A stretch of DNA of 64,000 nt from assembly GCF_001194135.2 (NCBI RefSeq), contig NC_068984.1:130354794-130418793 (forward strand), written 5' to 3'. The position numbers and the translations under genes are program-made. The stretch is from Octopus bimaculoides. Taxonomy: Eukaryota. Position 1 is the stretch's first letter. Each line of letters starts with the position of its first letter. Below the pieces are notes generated by a model, which was not told where the DNA came from, searched no databases, and was given only the letters and a program-made list of their open reading frames with translations. Positions 49,170 to 62,200 of this stretch are shown here, piece after piece.

Positions 49170-49251
49170 ATGCCGTGATGTATTATTTTTCGTCATCAGC
49201 ATTTATACCATTTAGTTTTGGTATCTGTTGACAATTGAAAATCTGAGCATT
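49170..49251 (+). ncRNA. SNORD56: Box C/D snoRNA, SNORD56/U56-like, subtype 1 (D' = CAGC), in the intron after exon 7
   Basis: C box GTGATGT 49175-49181, 13-nt guide TTATTTTTCGTCA, D' CAGC, internal hairpin ATACCA/TGGTAT, C' TTGACA, D box CTGA 49243-49246. Terminal stem GGTAAATGC / GCATTTTACC. Confidence 0.82.
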
Positions 49252-50533
49252 TTACCTATCTTGGTCCCCTTAAGTTTGAATTTTTTTTCCAGTCCTATTT
49301 GTTGGGTCTGTCCTAATGTATTTAAATAATTAGTCAGTAAATTAATATTTATTACATAATTTGACTAATACACCAGCTTTTAACATGACATGTTGGTTTG
49401 ATATATATCAGATATCTAATGGAATTTAGGCTTCTGATGTTGTTTGATAGTCTTTTTGTTGTCAAAGTGGGTTTTTTTCTTCTCAAATATATTAATATAT
49501 TTTAGGTTAATACTTCCAGACTAAACATAACTGTGGTTAACCCTTATCTAGAAGACGTGTGATGAAATTACTTTCTTTTATTTAGGCATAATGTATTGGT
49601 GAATACATTATCCAATGTGTCCTTTTTTTTTATAAGACATTGAAGGGTTGCATGTGGAAGATGTGACTATGAATTTGTAGGTGGTCAAATGACCACATAA
49701 TGATACTTTCATTAGCTTGTTAGGCTATTTATTATGTGATCTATGAGATGTTTTCACTTGATAACCTTGCTATTGCTTATTTTCATTATTAACGTTTTGA
49801 GTAGATAGCATGAATAACATAAAGCACAAAATAATTTTGAGTTTCAAATTACTTACTTCAATGGTTGAGACAACATTTAATACAATAGCTTCATCCACTT
49901 GACCCATAACCTAACTTTAGACAATGACATTATATATTCAGTTTGAACTGTTGCAGGTTAGGGATTGAGAAACATGCAATAAATTGTTTGAAGATTTTTT
50001 TTTTTTTCCTTCTTAACAAGTGTTTTCTTATAGCCTCAGACTGACCAAGGCTTTGTCTGAAATTTAGTAAACAGAACCTGTGTGGAAATCCAACATATAT
50101 GTTCGTTATGGCCTGAACAATGTGCTTTGACAAATGGAGATTGATGAAATAACTACCAGAAGTACTGGGAACAATATGACTGATTAAACCCGAACATAAC
50201 TGGGTAAAGTTAGAATAACAATAGAAATGATTTAGATCAATATAGTCATTGTAGATTATTGGAAAGTGTGTGTTTATTGAGCATTCTATATTACAGAATG
50301 TGTATATGTATGATGGGTGGCTGCAAAGTCTAGTTCTCTAGTGTGTGAAAATAGTGATGTTGGTAGATATATATATATATATATATACACACACAAATAA
50401 AAAAGAAAAATACACAGAGCAGACATTGAATATTGGCTCCACCTGGAGTTGATGAATCCAGTCCTATTTTATTATGATTTAGATCAGAATTTTTTTTCAC
50501 TTTGGTTCACAATATAAAACTCTTGTTTACCAG

Positions 50534-50633
50534 GTCTGTTGGTACATTTGCTCGAGCTTTGGATTGTACCAGTACTGTGAGGCAGCCAAGTCTTCATATG
50601 AGTGCAGCAGCAGCTTCAAGAGATGTCACATTG
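50534..50633 (+). CDS. MTA1: MTA exon 8 (ELM2: [34 protein letters not shown])
   Basis: Acceptor ACCAG|, donor TTG|GTAAGT at 50634, 100 nt, phase 2 to 0. Near identical to MTA1 [34 protein letters not shown]. Confidence 0.96.
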
Positions 50634-52156
50634 GTAAGTATTGCATTACTCTTTCATTCTTACTCCCAGTCGTATGTCCAATCAACATTCATCATTATTA
50701 TCATCATTTTAACAGCCATTTTCCTAAGCATGCATAGGTTGGGTGGAAGTTGTTGAAGCTGAATTTCTATGGCCAAATGCCCTACCTGTTGCCAACTATC
50801 AAAGGTTTCCAAGTGAGGCAATATTTTTCCATAGACAGACATGCTTCCTTCCACAAAAGATTGGGAACAGACACTGCTTGTATGATGATTATATTCTTTT
50901 ACAACTATCACGTAATATCACAAGGAGAGGCTGATGCATGCGCACACGCATACACACATGAACTTTTAGTTTCTGTCTATGTAGAAATGATGAACTTCTG
51001 TTAGTTGTGCACAATGAGACAAAAATGTTGTTGTCTTTCCAGATGCACAGCTTCTTAATATCACAACTATTACCTTATGTCTATTTTCCATCAAAGGATT
51101 TTGAGTAAAATGATTTAAGTGCATATTTATTTCCAAATTTGTATTCTTGATTTTGTTAAACATCTGAAGATTAACTATCAGAACCTCTTGAATAAAACAA
51201 ATGTCAAGGTACCTTCATAAATTTTAAGGGTATTGTTATGGGAGGATATCTCCTGTAAAATATTAAATGTACTTACAAAATATTCTGAAAGATGTTCAGA
51301 ATTTAAATGTGTGTTACTTTAATGTAGATGTAATAAATCACATAATCCATATGTTTTACTTTAAAATAAAAAATCATACTTGGGAATTAAAATATTTAGA
51401 TATTACTTTTAAATAATTAAAGGACATTTTTATGAAATAATAAGATGTGAAACCTATAGATACTAAAGAAAGAGTGCAATCATTCTGGCCAAGTGTTGTG
51501 CTTGCTTCAATTTGCTTGACTAAAGTTTTGTTTGTTTCTAATGGTTTGGTTGGAAAGAACAGTTTATGCCCATGGCATTTGTAAACCAGACCGGTGAGAT
51601 AGATGTAGATTACTTGAACCAGAGCTGTTAGGAAATTCTAGTGGGAGAAAGGACTGGGGAAAGTGGTCAATGTGTGGCTTAAATGGAAAGGCAGAAAAAC
51701 TATCAGTGACAAGAGGGAGCGATGAGTGAGTTTGGAGGGTGTAGATGGGAGTTCCACAAGCCCGGCTGAAGAGCATATGTAATAGTAAAGGTAGAGTGAG
51801 ATTACAGCTCATTCAAACCTGAGATTGGAATGTTGACAATCAATTGCTTACCAATCAGTTTAGTTACTTTTCGATCAGGTTGGGATGTCTGAATAGAAGC
51901 AGCATTAGTTATCCAAGATGTGTGAACTATAATCCACTGTATAGGGTTATTAGTAATGCAAAGGCCAGTCTTTGTGATATAGTCTTTGCAGTGTCAAGGA
52001 AGGACATGATATTATCAATAATGGTGAAGTTGAGTATCTGTTGTGACTTTGTGGGGTTTGTTTATATTTTGAGATGAAGTGTGATATTGTTTTCTTTGTG
52101 TGTAATTATTGACAATTAAGGTGGTGAAGGAGACAATGTAAATTTGNNNNNNNNNN

Positions 52157-52452
52157 AAGTGTTGTGCTTGCTTCAATTTGCTTGACTAAAGTTTTGTTTG
52201 TTTCTAATGGTTTGGTTGGAAAGAACAGTTTATGCCCATGGCATTTGTAAACCAGACCGGTGAGATAGATGTAGATTACTTGAACCAGAGCTGTTAGGAA
52301 ATTCTAGTGGGAGAAAGGACTGGGGAAAGTGGTCAATGTGTGGCTTAAATGGAAAGGCAGAAAAACTATCAGTGACAAGAGGGAGCGATGAGTGAGTTTG
52401 GAGGGTGTAGATGGGAGTTCCACAAGCCCGGCTGAAGAGCATATGTAATAGT
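52157..52452 (+). other. Exact 296-nt copy of 51491-51786 bounded by N gaps; probable assembly artefact
   Basis: I saw no differences from 51491-51786, and N runs flank it on both sides. Confidence 0.75.
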
Positions 52453-52751
52453 NNNNNNNNNNTCCCAGAAGTACATATTTGTATAACCCATCCTTGTCTG
52501 TTAAGGGTACCACATAAATTTATATGTATGCAGTCAAAACTTACATTGCTTTTACATAAGTATCTTTAAAAATGAAGTATTTGAAGCATCATTTAGGTAT
52601 TACAGAGTTAATAGGAAAAAATAGAAGTAAAACAAGAAAATATTGTAATTAGCTGTTCTTGCATAGCTTTCAAACAGATTTTCTTTTTGAAGTTATATTG
52701 ATTACAAATTGTACTACAATTAATCACCCTGCTTGAATCTCTAGATTATTT

Positions 52752-52786
<35 letters not shown>

Positions 52787-52872
52787 TTTAGTGAAAGGTT
52801 TAAACAGTGATCAAACTGTTTTTAGATTGAAGTTATTTATGCTGTTTAACTAAATCTTTCACAATAAGGTAA

Positions 52873-52950
52873 CTGCTATGATGGTTTTATTTTTCGTCTC
52901 TGAATGTACCATTAACTTTGGTACTTGTTGATAAAAAATGTCTGAGCACT
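52873..52950 (+). ncRNA. SNORD56: Box C/D snoRNA, SNORD56-like, subtype 2 (D' = CTGA, shifted register), in the intron after exon 8
   Basis: C box ATGATGG 52878-52884, guide TTATTTTTCGTC, D' CTGA 52900-52903, hairpin GTACCA/TGGTAC, C' TTGATAA, D box CTGA 52942-52945. Proximal stem TGC/GCA and distal 10-bp stem TTCACAATAA (52858-52867) / TTATTGTGAA (52951-52960). Confidence 0.78.
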
Positions 52951-54164
52951 TTATTGTGAATTTGCAAACATAAGGATGGTTAAGTTACATAGTTTCAAGT
53001 TCAATGTCGCTGCACGGCACTTTTAAGTAAGTGCCTTCTATAACTCGGACTGGTGAATGCCATATGAAGGAATTCAGGTGATAGGAACTGTGTATGCTCA
53101 TATTTCAACACTTATGTTTGTCATGACTATTCCACCCTGTGCTTTCATAAACTTGTGTAATTAAGAAATCCCTTAGCTGAAAAACAGGAAGAGTTGCCTT
53201 GAAGAAGAGAATCTGGATGGAAAATCCTGCTTCAACTAACCCTCTGTACAAACCTAGCATAGAAGAACAGATAATGAATAAAAACACACACTATTAAAAT
53301 TATCAATAATGCTTTCTTAACATTTTAGACTCTAGTGTGTGCGTATAACATCATATGACCTATCTGGCAGTTGATATATGTATAATTTAAATTTTCACTT
53401 AAAAACATTAAACAAATTCTGTTCAAAACTAGAGCAAGGGAGACAACCTAAGTTATACTGTACAGTGAAAATTGCATAGTATTAAACAAATTTATAGGGT
53501 ATATTCATAGAATATTTTGTAGCTAAACGTATCATTTTACCCATTCAGCCAACTGTATGATGATATCAACATGGCATCAGGCATATCTTTATTTGTAGCA
53601 TTCATAGCTAAACATTGGGTCTTATGCTGTACTCCATTATTTACTTCAGTATTTTTTTGAAGTGGTCAGAAAACCCAATACAAGATGTGTTCATTTAATG
53701 TCCACCTTTCCATGCTTACAAAGGTCAAGCAAAATTCATTGAGACAAGTTTCTCTCTTTTTTTTTTTTATAACTGGATGCTCTCCCTGCTGCCAATCTTT
53801 TAAATAATGCTGTATGTCCCTTAATGTTTTGAACACAAACAGAACAGTGGCTAAACTTGATTTCTTGGAAGACTGCAAACTAGTGATACTATTTACTTGT
53901 ATGACAGCAGTAGTCATTTACAACCAGTACCTGATCTCAAGGCAAGAAATGAACACATTCAGGCATATCCCACACGCACACGTACAAATATACACACGAT
54001 GGGTTTTCAATTTCCATCTACCAAAACCATTTACAAGTTATTGGCCAGTAGAAGACCCTTGCCCAAGGTATTGCACAGTGAGATTGAACCTAAAACCATG
54101 TGGGTGAGGAAGCAGACATCTTAATTGCAAAACTCTCTCTCCCCTCTCTTCCCCCCTCTCTCTC

Positions 54165-54202
<38 letters not shown>

Positions 54203-56409
54203 GTTTTCTATATGCACAGTTAAATGTATGACTACTGGTGAATTGGGAGCTCCATATCATCATCCAGTCTACTTAATATACAGTTGTCATTAACAGTTAG
54301 TTAAATTTAGTCAACCATGACATAAATTTCTGCATTCTATCATGCATTTAAAATCCAAACATATATATATATATATATTAACAACCTGAACCGCAAGCTA
54401 ATTATCATTTAACTGTTACACTAAAGGACAGTCTGCAAAATCAGTATGATATATATTGTAATAGATATATTCATTACTTATAGTTAATTATAAGGTCTAA
54501 TATGCATGTTTAATCCTTACTTAGTTTAGGTTCAAATTCCACACAGGCAAAGTTAGCAAAACTATAAGTAAAGATTTCGAGAGCATTTCATAACAAAGCT
54601 ATTTCATATTTAAAAATTTGGGGAACTGTGGGCATGTGATAGTAAACTAGCAGTTGATATTGAAATTAAAACAAAGGTATATTTATCCACAACTAAAATT
54701 TTATTGAAACAATAAAGAGGAAGGGAGACAACCTTAATTATAGTGTAAAGTGAAAAAAAAAAAGTCTTGTAATAGACAAAATTTATAGATATTTAAAAAA
54801 TTTTCTAGTGGAACTTGATAATGTTTGAGAACTGCATACTACTCTTCAAACAATTAGATCCAGATATTAATGCTTCTTTAAACAAGTCTATATATGAAGA
54901 GCTTACTTTCAAAACCAGATATATGCATCAGAATCACTTTTGAGTAATTGAGGAAACAACAACTTGAATATATCTGATATTGATTAGAAGACTAAGATTT
55001 GTCTACGGTCTATATGGCATCTATCCCAGTTTGACCGAAAAAAATTTCTCATGCATGAAGCCAGCTTGCAGATTGTATTTTAATGGTTATCATGAAATCG
55101 ACCAAATATGCACTTACACTGATTTTGAAAGTAAGCTCGTCTTATAGTGAACCGTCTTCAAACTGAATTAATAGCTAGGGGTTTAGTAGTGTTTTCGTTG
55201 ATTATCTGAGTTTATTGATGATAGGAGTTAATGTTACATACATATAAGAAATACATAAGCTGTATGCTAAACAAAATAAACACTAACAAAATTTCAGAAA
55301 ACACAGGCATCAGACCAGTTCTTGGACAAACTCGGGGCAGACCTTGGAGGTAGAGGGGAAATAACTGAAAAGGTGGCAAACAACAACAAAAGAACTGTGA
55401 CTAACAAACAACAAATTGATTGCTTAACCAGTGCAATTAAACAAATGATCAATTAGTTAGTTGGTTTGACATTTAAACCAATTGACTAACGAAGAAGTAA
55501 TGCTGAACTAATGTGTATGTCATTGGCATAATGACCCTCCCGAGACACAAAATTTGTTTCAACACACAAATTCACACCAAGAATTTTACAAACCAAATAC
55601 AAAAACGAAATAAAAATGCTTTATAAAGCTAAAATAGATTTCATGAGGTGAGCTCGATTTGATGGATGGTGGTAGAGGTGATGGTTGTTATTACTAGTTA
55701 GTTGAGCTATAATGCTCCACTGTTCTTTACTTCTCACATGTGAGGTGACTGAGGAAGGACTGAACTTGAAATAGCATCAGGTGAATCGTGAGTATCAATG
55801 ACAAGGCTTAACAGGTGTAGTGAAGTTCTGATAGATAAATTGTCTTGAAGAATGAATTAGGTTTCAGTTGTTTACCATACTGTGTTGCTTCTAAATAGTG
55901 TATTCATTCTAGGTCCTAAAATATTGAGAACTAAAAATCAGTTTCTGTCAACAAGTCAATATACAATGCTGGATGCTCCTCGTATTGACAGCCCTCACCT
56001 TTTTCCAAGCCAGGTAAAATTTCACTTTGGGAAACAAGGAAACTAATAACCTTTTTTGATAATGATGGTAGTGGTGGTACTTATGTATCATCATCTCGTG
56101 ATGTCAAGGCAATGGTATGCACATTTGCTCCCCCCCCACTTATATATATATATATAGTCAGATGTTATGCAGCATGCTTCATGCGTGTGTATATTCATCT
56201 GTTTCCTTTGATGCCTGTTTTTCCATGTTAACTGGGTTTAGACAGGAAATTGTGGATGGAGCCTTGCTTGTGGGTAATTTGTTGACAGATGTAAACAACC
56301 ATCACCTGGCACTGTTCAAGCAGAAATGCTGACATCACTATATGCCTAGCATATTATCCCAAACATTCATAACATTTTTTTTTTCTTATTTTTCTTTCTG
56401 TCCCTACAC

Positions 56410-56487
56410 CTCCTCTTAGTTCATTAATCCGATTCTTATCTTTCAGCTCTCCTCTTAGTTCATTAATCTGATTCTTATCTTTCAGCT
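56410..56487. repeat. 39-nt tandem duplication (2 copies, 1 mismatch)
   Basis: Unit CTCCTCTTAGTTCATTAATCYGATTCTTATCTTTCAGCT. Confidence 0.8.
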
Positions 56488-58327
56488 CTCCTCTCACCTC
56501 TAATTTTCCATCTCATCTTCACCTATTTTTCATTTCTTTCCTTCTCTCTCCTACAACTTGTGTTCCCCATCAGTTGCAGCCTGTTTCTCTAACAGATTCT
56601 AAGACTCTGTTGTTTTTCTTTTGCGCACACACACACACACACACCTATATACTTACATATATACATGTATACATGTGTATGTAAGCCAATGTATATATGA
56701 ATCTTTAACTTGTTCAAATCATTGGACTGAAGCCATACTGAGGCACAGCCTTGAAGGGTTTTAGCTGAACAAATCAACCCTAGTCTTCTCCCACTCTTGT
56801 TTTAATTTTCTTTTTGACACATGATACATATTCTATCAGTCTCTTAGCTGATACACTAAGTTTAGGGGATGTAAACAAACCAACACTGGTTGTCAAACAG
56901 TGTGGGGGACAAACACAAAGATATGCATATGCAATGGACTTTTTTCATCTTCCAGATTTACTCAAGGCTTTAGTTGGCTCAGGGTTATGTGGTTAGGAAC
57001 CAAACTTTTTACCACACAGCCACATCTGCACCTATATGCTTATAAAGACAAATGCATACACATTTCATATGGATAAACATGTGAAAAAATATATTTGTGG
57101 TGCAAGAATGGATGTTTATTTATAAAGATTCTTTTGGAACTACCCAGTTTCAGGTTAATATCACTATGCTACATCTTTGCAATTTGTCAGTTTGTATAGC
57201 CCTGCCCTAACCAGTGCCTTCTGAGTGAATTTGAGAGATGGAAACTGAAAAAATCTGGTGTGTCTGTGTGTGTGTAATCTCTGCTTAAATGCTGATGTTG
57301 ATATTTTTTGTTGATGGTATAGTTATGTGTATTTGAAGAATTGTGAAATAAAGGATTCTTCTACTTGATACATGGAGAAGGGCTGGCAATAGGAAGAGCT
57401 TTTGGCTGTAAAAGCTTGTCTCCACTAAATCTCCATCCAAATGCATGCTGGCATGGAAAAACAAACACCAAATAAGTAAAAGTGTGTGTGTGTAAATATA
57501 TTTTATACATACACTGGTGCAGGTATGGTCATGTGCTTAAGGAGCTTGCTTCCCAACCATGTGGTCTCTGGTCCAGGCTCACTGTGCGGTCTTTTGGGCA
57601 AGTGTCTTCTATTATAGACTTGGGATGATCAAAACATTGTGACAGGATTTGGTTGACAAGAACTAGAAGAATTGTCTGTATGTGTCTTGTTTTGACATTG
57701 TGTGATGGTTGCAAATGATCATCATTGTTACATAAGCAATATTGTTCAGTTCTAGTCTTCTTTGAAAAACATGTCTAGCCATAAGGAAATACTACCTGGA
57801 AACAGATAAGGGTTGGTGACAAGAATTGCATGCAACTGTAGAAAACCTGCTTCAACAAAATTTTGTCTTGACCCATGCAAGCATGGAGTGAACATTAGAC
57901 AGTAATGATGACATATATACGTACGTACATACATACATACATACATACATAAATAGATATATATATATATATATAATAAAACTACACGTGTATGTGCATA
58001 TATATATATATGTTCATGTACATATGTGTAATGTTTAGTGTTTTAAGTGTGGTATTGGAAGCATCAACAGTTTACATTAGGTATTATAGAATTGACTTGG
58101 AAAACTTGATGTAGAATTCAAAGCGATGTGCTGAACTTGAGTAATAATACATGTTCTTGTATAGTTTTGAAACTGATCATATTTTTGATGTAATACTTGA
58201 TTAAAATCATTCTGCACTTTCTCATCTTGTTTGTGTAATATAGTATATCTTTTGGAAGACAAACTGATTGCAGTTCAGATATTTTAAATGTAAAGATCAG
58301 TGTATTTGTGCTGTTTCACAATAATGT

Positions 58328-58408
58328 AAATGCTATGATGGTTTTATTTTTCGTCTCTGAATGTACCATTTACTTTGGTACTTGTTGATGATCAATATCT
58401 GAGCATTT
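58328..58408 (+). ncRNA. SNORD56: Box C/D snoRNA, SNORD56-like, subtype 2 (D' = CTGA), second copy in the intron after exon 8
   Basis: C box ATGATGG 58335-58341, guide TTATTTTTCGTC, D' CTGA 58357-58360, hairpin GTACCA/TGGTAC, perfect C' TTGATGA, D box CTGA 58399-58402. Stems AAATGC/GCATTT and TTCACAATAA (58315-58324) / TTATTGTGAA (58408-58417). Confidence 0.8.
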
Positions 58409-58724
58409 TATTGTGAATTTCCAAGGATTAGCTTAGCTGTGCAGTTAAGAAGTTCACTTTGCAATTATGTAGTTTTAGCTTTGTTTCCACTGCTACTCTT
58501 GACATAGATGTCTTCTGTAGCCCCAGTTTGACCAATGCTATGTGAGTGAATTTGGCAGACAAACTGTTGTTTGTCCTTTCTTGTTTGACATTATGTACTG
58601 TTTGTGACCAAACATCATTATTATGCAAAAAAAGTATTCCTGGATGAGTGTTTCATAATTTGCAACAGAAATAAGGAAGAGCTTATAAGGATTCCTTAGA
58701 TTAATCAAGGCATTTATGAATTAA

Positions 58725-59240
58725 TTCAAGTGACAATGGAAGTAAATGAATTGGAACTTCCTTTCTTGGACATTTTGGTTATAAAGGAAAATGAGAGTAT
58801 TGCAACTAATCTCTGCTGCAAAGGCATGAGCTGCAAATATATGAACACACTCCAATACTTAGACCTTAGATTTTGCCATCCATCCCATATTGAAAGAAAT
58901 ATCCCATTTAATTTGGTAAAATGTACATGTGTAATAGTTACAGACACAGATGAAATATGACTGGAAGAGCCAAAAATATTCTTCTGGACACCTGAAAAAC
59001 TTACTAAATAATGTCATAGCAAATACCCCTTACTTGCAGACAGACTGGAATTTGTTTGAAGGGGAAGACATAAATAAAAATATTCCATTTGTAGTCAGCC
59101 ATAATTCCAAAAGCTACATAGTCTTGCATTCAGCCAAATGATATCTTCCATTTTGACACCAATCTTCAAATCTAAGAAAAATAGTTACAAATTATTTGCA
59201 ACAAACACAACCACCAAATCTTGAAAGACTCTTAACAAAG
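58725..59240 (+). mobile_element. Penelope-like element RT C-terminal fragment
   Basis: TMEVNELELPFLDILVIKE..QYLDLRFCHPSHIERNIPFNLVK matches the PLE RT pattern FTME.E..LPFLD..V...YL...S.HP....RNIP.NL. Degenerate. Confidence 0.7.
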
Positions 59241-62200
59241 GTGAAATTTACATATATTTATTATTGTGAAAGATAGTTAAATTCTTATGAGATATGGAAC
59301 AGTGATCTCAAATGACTAAATGGTAAATTTATTGACAAAGAAAAATTCCACCTCATAAAGATACTTGTGAAAACAGCACCAAAAAAAAAAAAAAAAAAAT
59401 CAAGTAATATAGAAGTGGGAGAGAAGATAATGAAACCAGGGCTTTAGAGAATATCGAAGCAAACTGTAGTCTTCTATAAATTTCCTGGAGAATCATCCAC
59501 AGTGCATTAGAAATTTGGGACAGAATGAAAGAACAAAACTTAGAATGCTTACTGACAAGACGCACATACTTTCTTGTATTCCAAATAAACTAATTTGGTT
59601 TCATTCCTTAACTCAACCTGCAGCAGAAGACCATGAATATGTCTTAATTTTTAGTTTTCCATGGTCGTAGCTTAATGTTGGTGGGAGGGTACTTTCAAAG
59701 AGAATTTTCCTAATACCTGCAATGACAAATCCAATGTGGATTTTGCCAGATTATGAAACTAACAATTAAGGGGAGAGTGGCAGCCCAAGTCACGGAACTA
59801 AGAAATAAGGAAACAAATGCACCCTGTTTTGTTCTTTCTCATCACAATCTAACAGAAGATATATGACCAGCAATAAAACAATTGGCTGTGTGAAACAAGC
59901 CAAGGGTGATAAATGCTTGCTCATTAGCATTAATTTCTGTATGGAATGTGTTAATTATTGTGGTTAATCAATTGTTGGAATATGGATTATAGACTGGTTA
60001 TAGATTGTTTTATCTCCCTGATTCATTGTTTTCAATTGAAGTGCTCTCATCCAACCAAAACAGAACAGCTCTTTATAAGGTGTGACTGAATGAAAGAATA
60101 GTGGAGACTTCATGAATTATTTGTTAGTTTAAAAAAATCATCTGTTGATGGAGGGTATACTTATACAAAACAATACATTCTACTTATATTTTTCTATTAT
60201 GCAGACCTAGAGGCCTCAATGGTTTCGCTAGAGAAGTAGAAGTGTTCAAATCCTATGGACTTAGTTGTGTATAATGTGGTTTAAACTGTCTTTGTCATAT
60301 AATCTGTTTATGCTTGATGTTACATTGAATAAATGTTTGTTGTTTTCCCGCCGTGCTTTGGTCTCTCAACTCCTTGATGGAGTGATAGGGTGCTGCCATT
60401 CTAATATACAATGTTTTAGGCATTTTTAGTCCCAGTGGAGCCTATTCCCCTCCAGGTCTGACCACAGCCACCTCAGACACAAAAAGAATAAGGGAGTGAA
60501 AAAGAAGAACCAACTCCAGTACATGACTGGTACTTTATTATCAGCCCTGAAAGGCAAAGTTGATTTTAGTGGGATTTGGAACTCTGTGCATAGAGAGCCA
60601 GTGTGATAACTTCAAAGCAGTCTATCCACTGCCATCTGACTGCCTTAAATGTGAGGATGAATAAAAAGAGGTCTTTCTAGAGAATTTGAAAATAAGAAAC
60701 TAAAACAATAAGACAAAAACCTTGTCATTAGTTAACATTCTTTATATGTGGTATAATCACAAATTACTGCCATGGTTCAACCCTCAGTCAACCCTGATCA
60801 AGCAGATCTATAATCACCAAATTCATTATATCTTTCCTTTTTGAAGTTCAAGCAACCTCATTGAAAATTCCCAATTGGTTTGCCCAACAATTGGCAAATT
60901 CTACCTAACAGTTATGATTTATACATGAGGAATAGGGGATTGACTAAATGAACTCTCTAAACCTTATGGCAGCCTCATTAGGAAAAGAAAATCCTAAATC
61001 AGAAATTTCCAAAGACTAATTTACATTAACCAGTCAGAATAGAAAGAAAGTAACAATTTAGGGAATGTTCTCCATGAAAAACCAATTCCTTTTTACTGGG
61101 CCAGTCAAAATATTTGTAATTCACAATTATGAGAGCTAACACTGTAAAATTGAGTACTTTATGATACATTATGACTGGTTTTTAGTAAATTGATGGTGAG
61201 TGGGGGTTCCAGGCTTACCTGTGTAAACATGGCAATTTGAATGGAAAATGTTGGTTAAGCTCTATATCTGTTTCCCCCCAAAGATGCATTCTTTGATTCT
61301 CGTCTGTACATTGTTACATATTTTCCTATAAAATGTTAATAGACATGTGCATGCCAGAAGTGTCATTGTTACATGCACATGTCTCCATTTAACATTTTCC
61401 TATAAACCTTGATGTATACATATAGATTTACTCATTCACTTCATATATAATTCTTATTCTTGTTTTACCTGTTTTAATTGACTTTATTTGATTTTAGTTG
61501 AATGTTTATAAATTATCATAGATCTTTCAGTGGGTGTAATTCTTTTGGTTTTAGTTATGATTGTGTATAAGATGGTGACACCATTTAAAAAAAAATCTTT
61601 TATGCAAAGTATTCATTTGTTAGTTCTGTTAGGCACAAGTATGGCTGTGATTAGAAGCTTGCTTCCCAAGCACACATCTTCACGTTCAGGCCCAGGCCAA
61701 CAAATACTTGTGAGTGGGTTTGGTAAGGGAGACTGAAACAAGCACATTGTGTGTATGACTGTTTGCTTGCCTTCACTTCATGTGATAGTTATAAATGAAT
61801 GTCACCAACATGCAAGTGGTGTCCTTCATTTCCAATTTTCCACGGAAACAGTAGGGTATTTGTTGGTAATGAGGTGACGTCCATCTGTAGCAAATTTGCC
61901 TTGACAGATGCCATCCAACCCATATAAGTTTGGAAAAGTGGGTGTTAAATGATAATGGTGGTGTTAATCACAGACATGTCTTCAACAGTATTTCTGATTT
62001 CTTAGGGGTGATTTAAGTTTAATTGAATAATGCAGGATGCAATAAAGATTTCAAACATGTCTGCTGTACATATTGAACATTCCAATGTTAATTAGTTTAT
62101 CTATAGTTTAATTTTGTTTTTCCAAAAGGAACAGTAGCACTTTTTGTCTAAATCTTAAAGTTAAATGATGAATACTGAATTAATGGTATTTTTTTAAAGT

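Noticed and set aside
51491-52452. Perfect 296-nt tandem duplication as a recent biological event
   Set aside because: The second copy is identical and bounded by N gaps on both sides, typical of scaffolding or gap-filling artefacts.
59440-59590. Frame reading ...LEIWDRMKEQNLECLLTRR, reminiscent of the P-element/THAP9 YLLTRRLNQD motif
   Set aside because: Only a partial motif, and the catalytic NQD..E is absent. Too weak without an HMM search.
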